A stretch of DNA of 29,978 nucleotides, from contig JBDLKA010000037.1 of assembly GCA_039714075.1 (NCBI GenBank), positions 1 through 29,978 of the forward strand, written 5' to 3'. This DNA comes from Candidatus Krumholzibacteriota bacterium. GTDB taxonomy: Bacteria; Krumholzibacteriota; Krumholzibacteriia; LZORAL124-64-63. The notes below the pieces were generated by a model. That model did not search any database, was not told the origin of the DNA, and worked only from the letters and a program-made list of their open reading frames with translations. Numbering within the stretch: position 1 is the first letter of the stretch; the number at the start of each line of letters is the position of its first letter. A program made the translations under genes and the position numbers. This document shows, one piece after another, positions 1 to 13,081 of this stretch.

Positions 1-2621
<2,621 letters not shown>

Positions 2622-2666
2622 AAAGGCAGTGTGAGTGTATCTCAGTGTGCTACTCTCCATATTCGG

Positions 2667-2679
2667 TTGTCAAAGAACA
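2667..2679 (-). promoter_or_regulatory. boxA-like antitermination element in the ITS before 23S
   Basis: The minus strand reads TGTTCTTTGACAA, matching the rrn boxA consensus. The same 12-mer occurs in the 16S leader. Confidence 0.75.
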
Positions 2680-2706
2680 GTATGCCATGTCCCGTTGGAC
2701 CTGAGC

Positions 2707-2782
2707 TGGTGGAGATAGCCGGGTTCGAACCGGCGGCCTCCGGCTTGCAAAGCCGGCGCTCTCCCAACTGAGCTATATCCCC
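2707..2782 (-). tRNA. tRNA-Ala(UGC)
   Basis: Minus strand GGGGATATAGCTCAGTTGGGAGAGCG...TTTGCAA...GGTTCGAACCC...TCCACCA; 76 nt with encoded CCA, in the 16S-23S spacer. Confidence 0.98.
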
Positions 2783-2791
2783 AGCGACGCC

Positions 2792-2868
<77 letters not shown>

Positions 2869-2978
2869 AACAAACCAGCGGCTGGACCGGGGTCCAGCCT
2901 TTGGCAATAGAATAGCGTGCGAGGCCTAGAACAATTCCGTCTACCGTAGGCATTTCGCCAAGGGCGAATTGCCTTACT

Positions 2979-4544
<1,566 letters not shown>

Positions 4545-4683
4545 CAAAAAATAACAACAGGATTTTTTCCTGCTTATTTTCGCAATAGTAAACAGTCATC
4601 GGCGAGACTCGCGACCAGTCCAAGGACAGGCCGGATTCTCTGAATGACTCGGAATTGCATTCGGGCCATCGCACGCTATTCTG

Positions 4684-4695
4684 TTGTCAAAGAAC
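4684..4695 (-). promoter_or_regulatory. boxA-like element in the rrn leader
   Basis: Minus strand GTTCTTTGACAA, between promoter P2 and the 16S gene. Confidence 0.75.
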
Positions 4696-4743
4696 TGAAC
4701 CGAGCAGTCGTAGCCGCCGGTCCCCCATTTGTCGGGGGAAAGC

Positions 4744-4772
4744 AAGATACTCAAGCGGCCTCTAAGTGTCAA
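4744..4772 (-). promoter_or_regulatory. rrn promoter P2 (sigma70-type)
   Basis: TTGACA-17 bp-TATCTT on the minus strand, with an AT-rich tract upstream. Confidence 0.8.
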
Positions 4773-4890
4773 CAAGTAAATTGACTTTTTTCGGCCATTC
4801 GAGCGCCGCCCGCCCGGGCTGCTAAGAGCCTTGGCGGACAATCCGTAACCCCGTTTCAGCGGTAAGCTTCCACATGGGCAACGGGGGCGG

Positions 4891-4960
4891 AAGTTATACG
4901 CACAACCCGCTGGAGTCAAAAAGAAAAATCGTTTTTTCATTTTTTTTTCAATTTTCCCTT
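4891..4960 (-). promoter_or_regulatory. rrn promoter P1 with UP-element-like A/T tract
   Basis: TTGACT (4914-4919)-17 bp-TAACTT (4891-4896), followed by the GC-rich discriminator-like CCGCCCCCG. A long A/T-rich tract (4920-4960) lies directly upstream. Confidence 0.75.
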
Positions 4961-5186
4961 AAAACCGCTATTTGAACCGCATTTCCGCGGGGTGCGAGCC
5001 CTCCCGGATGGCCTCTGGCGTGGCCCGTCGGACACGGCAGGGTGGTGGCCCCGTGGACACGTCCCCGGCAAACAGGGTTTTCCGGCCCGACCGGAGGGTC
5101 GGAACCCGGCACAATTCCTGCGATTAAAACGAGGGATTCATTCCGGTCCCGCCGGTCCGCCGCTGCGAATGGTCTCATTCCCGGAG

Positions 5187-5215
5187 TGGACTTCCGGGGT
5201 TTCTGGTTCTAATGT
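5187..5215 (+). promoter_or_regulatory. putative promoter of the PBP gene
   Basis: TGGACT-17 bp-TAATGT, about 60 bp upstream of the GGAGG RBS and ATG 5276. Confidence 0.45.
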
Positions 5216-5275
5216 TGGTCCGCATCCGGCGTTTCGCCGGTTCGCGGCCAACCCGGATTCAGGCACGGAGGCGCC

Positions 5276-7402
5276 ATGCTCAGACTGCTCAACATGACCA
5301 TCCCCATCCCCTGGGTCAAAAGGATCCTTCTCGGCCTGCTCGTCCTTTTTCTCTTCAGCCTGGGCGGGACCCTGCTGGGAATCAAATACCTGGCGAAGGA
5401 TCTGCCTTCGCTCGATTCCCTGCAGGCCATCGAACCTTCCGTCAAGACCGTCATCTTTGCGGCCAACGGGGACACGTTGCGGGAGTTCTTTACCGAGAAC
5501 AGGACCATCGTTTCGCTGAGCCGCATTCCGGTCAGTCTTCAGCACGCCGTAATCTCGGTGGAGGACCGGCGGTTCTATAAACACTACGGCATCGACCTGC
5601 GGCGGCTGGTGGGCGTGGTCTGGATCAATCTGGTCACCAACCGCAGCCCCGGGGGCAGCACCCTGACGCAACAGTTGGCCAGGAATCTGTTTCCCAAACT
5701 GCTGCCGAGCCAGAAACGGATTACCCGTAAATTCCGCGAGTGGATGGTGGCCACCCAGATCGAATCCATCTATACCAAGGACGAGATCCTGGCCATGTAC
5801 CTGAACCAGATCTACCTGGGCAAGGGTTCCTACGGCGTGCAGGCGGCCGCCCACACCTTTTTCGCGAAGGACGTCTGGGAACTGGGCCCCGCCGAATGCA
5901 GCATGATCGCCGGCATGATCCAGCGGCCCGAGACCTACTCCCCCTTCAACCACCTGGACCGCGCCTATACGCGGCGGGCCACCGTGCTGGAAACGATGAT
6001 CAAGGCGGGTTACCTGACCCGGCCCGAGGCCGAGGCCATCGGGGCCACGGAGGTTCATCCGGTGTCCGGGTCGGCGGCGCGCAATGCCTCCGCCGGTTTC
6101 GCCACCTATTTCGTGGAGGAGGTCCGCAAACAGCTGGAAAAGGACTACGGCGCTTCCCGGCTCTACAAGGAAGGGCTGCGGGTGTGGACCACCCTCAATC
6201 CCCAGTACCAGGACTGGATGGAAAACGCCCTGGAAAGCCATCTGACCGCGGAGGAAACCGCACGGAAATACGACATGACGCGGGCCATCCACGACAGCCT
6301 GGTCGTCAGCGGCGAACCGCCCGAGAAAGTCGAATACCTCCAGGGGGCCGCCCTGCTCGAGGACGTCAGGACCGGCGCGATCCTGGGCATGGTCGGCGGG
6401 CGTTCCTTCAACGACTACAAGTGGAACATGACCACCCAGGCCACCAGGCAACCCGGGTCGATCTTCAAGCCGCTCGTCTACCTGACCGCCCTGCAAAACG
6501 GATACATCCCCTGCTCCATTCTCATGGACACTCCCTTCGTGCTGGACACCGGGGTGAGCCTATGGCGGCCCAAGAATTTCAGCGGACGGTTCCAGGGTCC
6601 CATGACCCTCCGTTACGCCCTGAGCCGATCGGTCAACGCCCCGACGGCGAAACTCTTCCAGGACTTCGGTCTGGCCCCCGTCCTGGAGAACATCCAAAGG
6701 CTCGGCTTCACCACGCCCCTGCCGCGGGTTCCCGCCCTGTTCCTGGGTGCGGGCGAAGTCACCTTGCGTGAAGTGGTGGCCGCCTACAGTTCGTTCGCCA
6801 ACCACGGTGTCTACGTCAAACAGCATTTGATCACCAGGGTGGAAAGCTCCCAGGGCGAGATCCTGTACCAGGTGAGAATCGAGCAGCGCGAAGCCCTGGA
6901 TCCGGCCGAGGCCTACATGATGACCAATCTGCTGTCGACCACACTGAAGGAAGGAACCGGCGTCAGCGCCCGCTGGCGGGGCTTCACCAAATCCGGCGCC
7001 GGCAAGACCGGCACCACCAACGAAAGCACCAACGCCTGGTTCTGCGGCTTCACCCCCAGCTTCTGCGGCGGGATCTGGGTCGGGTTCGACCAGGACCTGC
7101 CCATGGGCAAGGGGGCCACCGGCGCCCGCATGGCTCTGCCCATCTGGGCGGATTTCATGGGCAAGATCTCCGACCAGAAGGGCGAAGAGCCGTTCATCCG
7201 GCCGCCGGGGATCGTCGAGGAGACCGTCTGCCTGAACTCCGGGATGCTGGCCACCAGCGGGTGCGACTCCATCGCCGGGGAAGTTTTCCTGCCCGACAAT
7301 TTTCCGCAGGACATCTGCGACCTGCATGGGGGGCAGCTGCATGATTTCCAAGGGGTGGGTAAAGACTTCAAGACGCTGGACCAGGATGATGATGAGTTCT
7401 GA
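5276..7402 (+). CDS. class A penicillin-binding protein (PBP1A family; transglycosylase + transpeptidase), 708 aa
   Basis: N-terminal TM helix. GT51 motifs EDRRFYKHYGID, GGSTLTQQL and RKFRE. Transpeptidase motifs SxxK (GSIFKP), SxN (SVN) and KTG (GKTGTT). RBS GGAGG precedes the ATG. Confidence 0.95.
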   Translation: MLRLLNMTIPIPWVKRILLGLLVLFLFSLGGTLLGIKYLAKDLPSLDSLQAIEPSVKTVIFAANGDTLREFFTENRTIVSLSRIPVSLQHAVISVEDRRFYKHYGIDLRRLVGVVWINLVTNRSPGGSTLTQQLARNLFPKLLPSQKRITRKFREWMVATQIESIYTKDEILAMYLNQIYLGKGSYGVQAAAHTFFAKDVWELGPAECSMIAGMIQRPETYSPFNHLDRAYTRRATVLETMIKAGYLTRPEAEAIGATEVHPVSGSAARNASAGFATYFVEEVRKQLEKDYGASRLYKEGLRVWTTLNPQYQDWMENALESHLTAEETARKYDMTRAIHDSLVVSGEPPEKVEYLQGAALLEDVRTGAILGMVGGRSFNDYKWNMTTQATRQPGSIFKPLVYLTALQNGYIPCSILMDTPFVLDTGVSLWRPKNFSGRFQGPMTLRYALSRSVNAPTAKLFQDFGLAPVLENIQRLGFTTPLPRVPALFLGAGEVTLREVVAAYSSFANHGVYVKQHLITRVESSQGEILYQVRIEQREALDPAEAYMMTNLLSTTLKEGTGVSARWRGFTKSGAGKTGTTNESTNAWFCGFTPSFCGGIWVGFDQDLPMGKGATGARMALPIWADFMGKISDQKGEEPFIRPPGIVEETVCLNSGMLATSGCDSIAGEVFLPDNFPQDICDLHGGQLHDFQGVGKDFKTLDQDDDEF

Positions 7403-7520
7403 GGGTGGTGCGTAAGAAGGGCCTGCCTACATCGAGGGGTTCCTGGCTTAGCTTCGCGAAGACGCTCAGATGCGCCAGGAACCCCTCGATGTAGGCAGGC
7501 CCTTCTTACGCGCCGCCCTC
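7401..7520. repeat. long inverted repeat (47-bp arms, 38 bp perfect, 26-nt spacer) filling the convergent intergenic region
   Basis: 7401-7447 is the reverse complement of 7474-7520 with two mismatches. The core 7410-7447/7474-7511 is perfect. Confidence 0.95.
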
Positions 7521-7525
7521 GGAAG

Positions 7526-8842
7526 TCATTCGAGCCGGTCCAGGATCAGGGAGTTGGCGGGGACCGCCTCCTCTGAAAAAGACAAAGCGGCCTTGATGCG
7601 GGTGGCGGCAAGGGCCGCCATTTTTTTGTCGGTGCAGAAAATTCGGGCGATGATGTCGCCCTTGTTCAACTTGTCGCCAACCTGGGGTAGGAAATCTATT
7701 CCGGCGGTCAGGTCGAGGGGGTCTTCGACCTGCAGGCGGGCGGCGCCCAGGTCGGCCAGGGACAAGCCCACCTGGCGGCAATCGATCTTGGATAACCAGG
7801 CATCGGCGGGGGCCTCCAGTTCCAGAGCCAGCGGGGCCACCTGAAGGCCGAAATCCTCGCGGTCGGGATCGAGGGTGCCGTCCTGCGCCCGAACCCAGGC
7901 CAGCATGAAATCGAAGGCCCGGCCCGAGTCCCAGGCTTCGCGGACCCTGGCCAGGGCGGCCGCCCGGTCGGGCTCGAGTCCCGCCACGCGGACCATCTCG
8001 GCCACCAGGTCCTCGGTCAGGGCCACCAGGTCGGCGGGAGCCGCCCGGCGCCCGGCCGGACGCAGGGCCGCAAAGGCCTCTATCGTCTCGTTGGAGTGGC
8101 CCACGGCCACGCCCAGGGGTTGGTCCATGTCAGAGAAAACCACCGACATGCGGCGGCCGTAGAGCCCGCCCACAGTCACCAGGGCGGAGGCCAGTTCCCG
8201 GGCCCTGGCCAGGTCATCCATGAAGGCCCCGGAACCGGTTTTCAGGTCGATGACGATGGTGCCCGGTCCGGCGGCCAGTTTCTTGGACATGATGGACGCT
8301 GTGATCAGGGGGACGCAGTCCACCGTCGCTGTGACATCGCGCATGGCGTAGATGCGCTTGTCGGCCGGGGCGATGGAACCGCTCTGCCCGATGATGGCGC
8401 AGCCGGTCTTTTCGGTCAGCTTCAGGAATTCACCGTTATCCATGTGGATGCGGTAGCCCGGGATTGACTCCAACTTGTCCAGGGTTCCCCCCGTGTGCCC
8501 CAGGCCCCGCCCCGACAGCATGGGCACCTTCAGACCGCAGGCCGCCGCCAGGGGCGCCAGCAGCAGGCTCACCTTGTCCCCCACGCCGCCGGTTGAATGC
8601 TTGTCCGCTGTGGGGCCGGACATGTTCCCGGTGTCCAACTCTTCGCCGGAACGAAGCATGGCCCCGGTCAGGGACGAGGTTTCTTCGGGAGTCATGCCCC
8701 GGAACCAGACGGCCATCAGGAAGGCGGACATCTGGTAATCGGCGAAGGCTTCGGCGGTGAAACCGTTCACCACGAATTCGATCTGCCCGGCGGACAGTTC
8801 CCGGCCGCGTTTCTTGGCTTCGATGATCTCGAGGATATTCAA
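7526..8842 (-). CDS. pdp: pyrimidine-nucleoside (thymidine) phosphorylase, 438 aa
   Basis: Motifs DKHSTGGVGDK, SGRGLGHTGGTLDKLESIPG, SIMSKK and DLKTGSGAFM. The TTG start overlaps the cdd stop. Confidence 0.95.
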   Translation of the reverse strand: MNILEIIEAKKRGRELSAGQIEFVVNGFTAEAFADYQMSAFLMAVWFRGMTPEETSSLTGAMLRSGEELDTGNMSGPTADKHSTGGVGDKVSLLLAPLAAACGLKVPMLSGRGLGHTGGTLDKLESIPGYRIHMDNGEFLKLTEKTGCAIIGQSGSIAPADKRIYAMRDVTATVDCVPLITASIMSKKLAAGPGTIVIDLKTGSGAFMDDLARARELASALVTVGGLYGRRMSVVFSDMDQPLGVAVGHSNETIEAFAALRPAGRRAAPADLVALTEDLVAEMVRVAGLEPDRAAALARVREAWDSGRAFDFMLAWVRAQDGTLDPDREDFGLQVAPLALELEAPADAWLSKIDCRQVGLSLADLGAARLQVEDPLDLTAGIDFLPQVGDKLNKGDIIARIFCTDKKMAALAATRIKAALSFSEEAVPANSLILDRLE

Positions 8843-9282
8843 GATACCCCTTCCCCGTCGTCCGGCCCGGGAGCCGTCTGGTCCACGTAGTTCTCGAAGG
8901 CGTTGGGAATCAGTTCATCGAGGGTGAACCGGTGAACGACGCCCGTGGCGCCCTGCTCCCCGGCGATCAGAACCGTCAGGTCCCGGCCGAACTCCAGCAG
9001 GAACTGCCGGCAGGCCCCGCACGGCGGCGTGGGCGCCTGGCCGTCGGCACAGATGGCGATGGCGCTGAAACTCGTCTCACCTTCGGCCACCGCCCGACAC
9101 GCGGCCGAGCGTTCGGCGCAGATGGACAGCCCGATGCTGGCGTTCTCCACGTTGGTTCCCGGATAGACCGTGCCGCTTTTCCCCAGCAGCGCGGCGCCCA
9201 CCCGGAAACCCGAATAGGGCGAATGGCTGTGCCGGCGGGCTTCGCAGGCGGCCGCAACCAGTTGCTGCAAAGTATCATTCAT
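8839..9282 (-). CDS. cdd: cytidine deaminase (homotetrameric type), 147 aa
   Basis: Motifs SPYSGFRVGAA, GTNVENAS, zinc ligands CAE and PCGACRQ. Start reassigned to ATG 9282 (ATGA overlap with the deoB stop, AGGAAAGGA upstream). Confidence 0.95.
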   Translation of the reverse strand: MNDTLQQLVAAACEARRHSHSPYSGFRVGAALLGKSGTVYPGTNVENASIGLSICAERSAACRAVAEGETSFSAIAICADGQAPTPPCGACRQFLLEFGRDLTVLIAGEQGATGVVHRFTLDELIPNAFENYVDQTAPGPDDGEGVS

Positions 9283-10466
9283 GATGAAAGTCCTTTCCTG
9301 GTTTCCGGCAGGAAACTGGTGCCCTTGCGCGTCGGGGCGCTGCCGAAAAAGTCGGCCAGGGTGGCCGCCACGTCCATGAATCCCACGCGTGTCCCGAGGT
9401 CCCGTCCCCCGGCAGCACCGGCCATATAGGCCAGCAGCGGCACGTGCTCCCGCGAGTGGTCCGTGCTCACGGTGGTGGGGTCGTTGCCGTGATCCGCGGT
9501 CATGATCAACAAGGTGCCGGTGGCCAGTCCTTCGAGATACGGCCCCAGCCAGCGGTCGAAATCCTCCAGGCCCTGTTTCATCCCTTCCGGATCGTTCCGG
9601 TGGCCCCACAGCATGTCGAAGTCGACCAGATTGAGCAACAGCAGAGTGTCCCGTTCTTTCGAGGCCGCGGTCAACCGGGCCAGTTGCTCCATGCCCTCGG
9701 GATTGCTCTTGGACGGAAAGGTTTCATCGATGCCGACCCCGGCATACAGATCGTATATCTTGCCGATGGAAAGCACCCGCACCCCGTGGTCCTGCAGGTC
9801 GGTCAGCAGCAGGCCGCGCGGTGGATCCAGGGCGTAGTCGTGGCGGTAGGGCGTCCGTTCGTAAGCGCCCGCAGCTCCGGTGAAGGGGCGGGCGATGACC
9901 CGGCTGACCTGATGGGGCGGCACCAGCATGTCCCGGGCGATTTCACAAACCCGGTACAACTCGTCCAGGTCGCAGACCTCGTCGTGGGCGGCAATCTGGA
10001 ACACGCTGTCGGCGGAAGTGTAGACGATCAGTTTCCCTGTCCGGCGATGTTCGTCACCCAGTTCCTTGATGATGTCGGTGCCGCTGGCCGCCTTGTTGCC
10101 CATCACCCCGTAGCCGGAAAGACGGGAAAACTCATCGATGACCTCGGGGGGAAATCCGTCGGGGTAGGTCGGAAAGGGAACCGACGTGACCAGGCCCATC
10201 AATTCCCAGTGACCGGTGGTGGAGTCCTTGCCGGCGGACACTTCTTCCAGCCGGCCGAAGGCGGCTGCGGGGGCCGTGACGGGATCCACCCCCTGGATAC
10301 GGTGGAGATTGCCCAAACCCAGGCCCTGCAGATTGGGGACGTGAAGCCCACCCACCCTGGCCGCCATGTTCGCCAGGGTGTCGCTGCCGGCATCACCGTA
10401 TTCGGCGGCGTCGGGGGCCCCCCCGACACCAAGCCCATCCAGAATAACGAGAATGGCCGTGGCCAT
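9279..10466 (-). CDS. deoB: phosphopentomutase, 395 aa
   Basis: Motifs ILDGLGVG, GKDSTTGHWE, YTSADSVFQIAAH, NLVDFDMLWGHRND and TADHGNDPT...HSRE. Start reassigned to ATG 10466, after the AAGGAG RBS. Confidence 0.96.
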   Translation of the reverse strand: MATAILVILDGLGVGGAPDAAEYGDAGSDTLANMAARVGGLHVPNLQGLGLGNLHRIQGVDPVTAPAAAFGRLEEVSAGKDSTTGHWELMGLVTSVPFPTYPDGFPPEVIDEFSRLSGYGVMGNKAASGTDIIKELGDEHRRTGKLIVYTSADSVFQIAAHDEVCDLDELYRVCEIARDMLVPPHQVSRVIARPFTGAAGAYERTPYRHDYALDPPRGLLLTDLQDHGVRVLSIGKIYDLYAGVGIDETFPSKSNPEGMEQLARLTAASKERDTLLLLNLVDFDMLWGHRNDPEGMKQGLEDFDRWLGPYLEGLATGTLLIMTADHGNDPTTVSTDHSREHVPLLAYMAGAAGGRDLGTRVGFMDVAATLADFFGSAPTRKGTSFLPETRKGLSS

Positions 10467-10501
10467 GAATGATTCTCCTTCGTGGAACGCGATAGGGTTC
10501 A

Positions 10502-10530
10502 AGGGTAGTGGGCCCGGGTGTGTCCGTCAA
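10502..10530 (-). promoter_or_regulatory. putative promoter of deoB-cdd-pdp
   Basis: TTGACG-17 bp-TACCCT on the minus strand. Confidence 0.6.
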
Positions 10531-10540
10531 CAGCTTCACC

Positions 10541-10568
10541 TTGCCACCACTGGACTTCCGGTTAGAAT
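10541..10568 (+). promoter_or_regulatory. putative promoter of rarA-pfkA
   Basis: TTGCCA-16 bp-TAGAAT, ending 7 nt before ATG 10576. Confidence 0.6.
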
Positions 10569-10575
10569 AGGCAAC

Positions 10576-12030
10576 ATGGTAAACGATCTTTTTTCCACCG
10601 ACGACAACAACGGCGACAGCGGGGCCGGGGTCAACGGTTCCGCCGCAAACGGGGCCCCTGCCCCGGACGAGCGGACACCCCTGGCTGACCGGATGCGGCC
10701 GGCCACCCTGGACGAGATGGTCGGGCAGGAGGAACTCCTGGGGCCCCGGGGTCCGTTGCGACTGTTGCTGGAGGGGGACTCCCTGCCCTCACTGCTGCTG
10801 TGGGGACCGCCCGGGTGCGGCAAGACCACCCTGGCCCGCCTGGTGGCCCGGCATTCCCGGGCGCGCTTCCTGGAATACAGCGCGGTGGCGGTCGGTTCCA
10901 GGGAGCTCAAGGCCGTCATGAGCGAAGCCGCAAAACTCAAGCAGGCCACCGGCCAGCGGACCATCCTGTTCCTGGACGAGATCCACCGCTTCAACAAGGC
11001 GCAGCAGGACGCCCTGCTGCCCTGGGTCGAAAGAGGCGACGTCACCCTGATCGGCGCCACCACCGAAAACCCCAGTTTCGAAGTCAACAGCGCCCTCATT
11101 TCACGGACGCGGCTCTTTGTTCTGACGCCGCTGGCGACCGAAGACGTGGGCGTGCTTTTGACCCGGGCCCTGGCCGATCCCCGCGGGCTGGACGGCCGCC
11201 TGGCCATGACCCCCAATGCCATCGCCGCCCTGGCCGAGATGAGCGAGGGGGACGCCCGCGCCGCCCTGGGACAGCTTGAAACCGTGGCCGCGGCGGTGGC
11301 CGCCGGATTCGACAGGGGAACCGAAGGCCGGGACCTGGACGTGGACGCCCTGGCCGAATTGATCAGAACCCGGGCCGCCCGTTTCGACAAGGCGGGCGAG
11401 GAACATTTCAACATCATTTCGGCCCTGCACAAATCCATGCGCAACAGCGATGTCCAGGCCGCCCTGTACTGGATGACCCGCATGCTCGAAGGCGGCGAGG
11501 ACCCTCTGTATATCGCGCGCCGCCTGGTCCGGTTCGCCAGCGAAGATGTCGGTCTGGCCGATCCCGAAGCCCTGCGCCATACCCTGGCCGCCCGGGACGC
11601 GGTCCATTTCATCGGCATGCCCGAGGGCGCCCTGGCCCTGGCCCAGGCCGTGGTCTATCTGGCCCTGTCCCCCAAGAGCAACGCCCTGTACAAGGCCTAC
11701 GGGCGCACCTCGAAAGAGGTCGCCAAGGGACACAACCCGCCGGTGCCGATGCATCTGCGCAACGCCCCCACCAAGCTGATGAAGAACCTGGGCTTCGGCC
11801 AGGGCTACGTCTACGCCCACGACACCGACGAGGGCATCGGGCGAATGAGCTGTCTGCCGGACAGCCTGCGGGGGACGGATTATTACCGACCGGTAGCCAA
11901 GGGATTCGAGACCGAACTGGCCGCCCGCATGGAGCAGATCCGCCGGTGGCACGCCCGCCGGCAAAGCGGCCAGGCAACCGAAGACCACCCTGATTCGGAC
12001 CACCCTGACCATGAACCGGGAGACACCTGA
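10576..12030 (+). CDS. rarA: replication-associated recombination protein A (RarA/MgsA AAA+ ATPase), about 484 aa
   Basis: Motifs PLADRMRP, Walker A GPPGCGKTT, Walker B LFLDEIHRFNKAQQD, GATTENP, ISALHKSMR, ASEDVGLAD and VPMHLRNAPT. The longer ORF-track start would overlap deoB, so ATG 10576 was chosen. Confidence 0.96.
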   Translation: MVNDLFSTDDNNGDSGAGVNGSAANGAPAPDERTPLADRMRPATLDEMVGQEELLGPRGPLRLLLEGDSLPSLLLWGPPGCGKTTLARLVARHSRARFLEYSAVAVGSRELKAVMSEAAKLKQATGQRTILFLDEIHRFNKAQQDALLPWVERGDVTLIGATTENPSFEVNSALISRTRLFVLTPLATEDVGVLLTRALADPRGLDGRLAMTPNAIAALAEMSEGDARAALGQLETVAAAVAAGFDRGTEGRDLDVDALAELIRTRAARFDKAGEEHFNIISALHKSMRNSDVQAALYWMTRMLEGGEDPLYIARRLVRFASEDVGLADPEALRHTLAARDAVHFIGMPEGALALAQAVVYLALSPKSNALYKAYGRTSKEVAKGHNPPVPMHLRNAPTKLMKNLGFGQGYVYAHDTDEGIGRMSCLPDSLRGTDYYRPVAKGFETELAARMEQIRRWHARRQSGQATEDHPDSDHPDHEPGDT

Positions 12031-12989
12031 TGAAACGAATCGGAGTCCTGACCGGCGGCGGCGACGCAGCCGGCATGAACACTGCGGTCAGAGCCGTCGT
12101 CCGCACCGCCTGTGGCCTGGGCGCGGAAGTCATCGGCATCAAGAAAGGTTGGCGGGGCCTGGCGGAAGGCACCTCGGTGGAGTTGAATCCCGGCACCGTC
12201 AGCGGCATTCTTCACCGGGGAGGAACCATCCTGCAGACTTTCCGTTACCCGGAGTTCGCCACCGACGAAGGGGCGGCGCCGGTGGCCAAGACCCTCGACA
12301 GGCTCAAGCTGGACGGGATGATCATCATCGGCGGGGACGGCAGCTTTCGCGGGGGGACCAAGTTGTTCAAGGAATTCGGCCTGCCCGTCGTCGGGGTGCC
12401 GGCCACCATCGACAACGATATTCCGGGGACGGACATCTCCATCGGTTTCGACACCGCGCTGAACATCGCCATCGACGCGGTGGACAAGATCCGCGACACC
12501 GCCACCAGCCATGGGCGCATCTTCGTCATCGAGGTCATGGGGCGTGAATACGGTCTGCTGGCGGCGCAGACAGCCATCGCCACCGGCGCCGAGGAAGTGC
12601 TGCTGCCCGAGATCCCCTTCGACCTGGACGACATGTGCCGGAACATTTCCGCGGGTTACCGGCGCGGCAAGGAGCACGCCATCATCATCGTGGCCGAAGG
12701 CGCGGGCAAGGCCTCCTATGTTTCCTACGAGATCAAGGAGCGGCTGAAACGCAGCGTCCGCATGGTCGTGCTCGGTCACGTGCAGCGCGGTGGGTCGCCG
12801 TCGGGCTACGACCGGATCCTGGCTTCGCGCCTGGGGCACCGGGCCACCGAAATGCTGTTCGAGGGACAGCACGGCCTGATGGTCGGCGTGGTGGCCAACA
12901 AGTTCAAGACCAGCAGCCTCGACAAGAAGACCAAGGCTCCGGCGAAGGCCGTGCTCCGGGACGCACGCCTGATGGAGATTCTCGTCTAG
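12030..12989 (+). CDS. pfkA: 6-phosphofructokinase (probably ATP-dependent), 319 aa
   Basis: Motifs IGVLTGGGDAAGMN, GGDGS (Gly typical of the ATP-type enzyme), PATIDND, EVMGR, VAEG and LGHVQRGG. The start overlaps the rarA stop (TGATG). Confidence 0.95.
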   Translation: MKRIGVLTGGGDAAGMNTAVRAVVRTACGLGAEVIGIKKGWRGLAEGTSVELNPGTVSGILHRGGTILQTFRYPEFATDEGAAPVAKTLDRLKLDGMIIIGGDGSFRGGTKLFKEFGLPVVGVPATIDNDIPGTDISIGFDTALNIAIDAVDKIRDTATSHGRIFVIEVMGREYGLLAAQTAIATGAEEVLLPEIPFDLDDMCRNISAGYRRGKEHAIIIVAEGAGKASYVSYEIKERLKRSVRMVVLGHVQRGGSPSGYDRILASRLGHRATEMLFEGQHGLMVGVVANKFKTSSLDKKTKAPAKAVLRDARLMEILV

Positions 12990-13004
12990 CACGAAAGCGG
13001 AAAG

Positions 13005-13036
13005 AAAAAAGCGGGCTCCCGTCGGGGAGCCCGCTT
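13005..13036. terminator. intrinsic terminator between convergent genes
   Basis: Hairpin AAGCGGGCTCCC-GTCG-GGGAGCCCGCTT. The A-run on the left gives a U-tail for the minus-strand transcript; it may act in both directions. Confidence 0.85.
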
Positions 13037-13041
13037 CGTAT

Positions 13042-13076
13042 TCGGTTTCCGAATCGGTTTCCGAATCGGTCCCGAA
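13042..13076. repeat. short tandem repeat, TCGGTTTCCGAA x2 plus one degenerate 11-bp copy
   Basis: Units at 13042-13053, 13054-13065 and 13066-13076 (TCGGTCCCGAA). Confidence 0.8.
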
Positions 13077-13081
13077 CCGGA

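Noticed and set aside
7401..7520. Autonomous IS element or simple Rho-independent terminator
   Set aside because: No transposase or clear target-site duplication, no U-tract, and the stem is far too long. It is kept as an unexplained palindrome.
13042..13076. CRISPR array
   Set aside because: The units are 12 bp and directly adjacent, with no spacers and no cas genes nearby.
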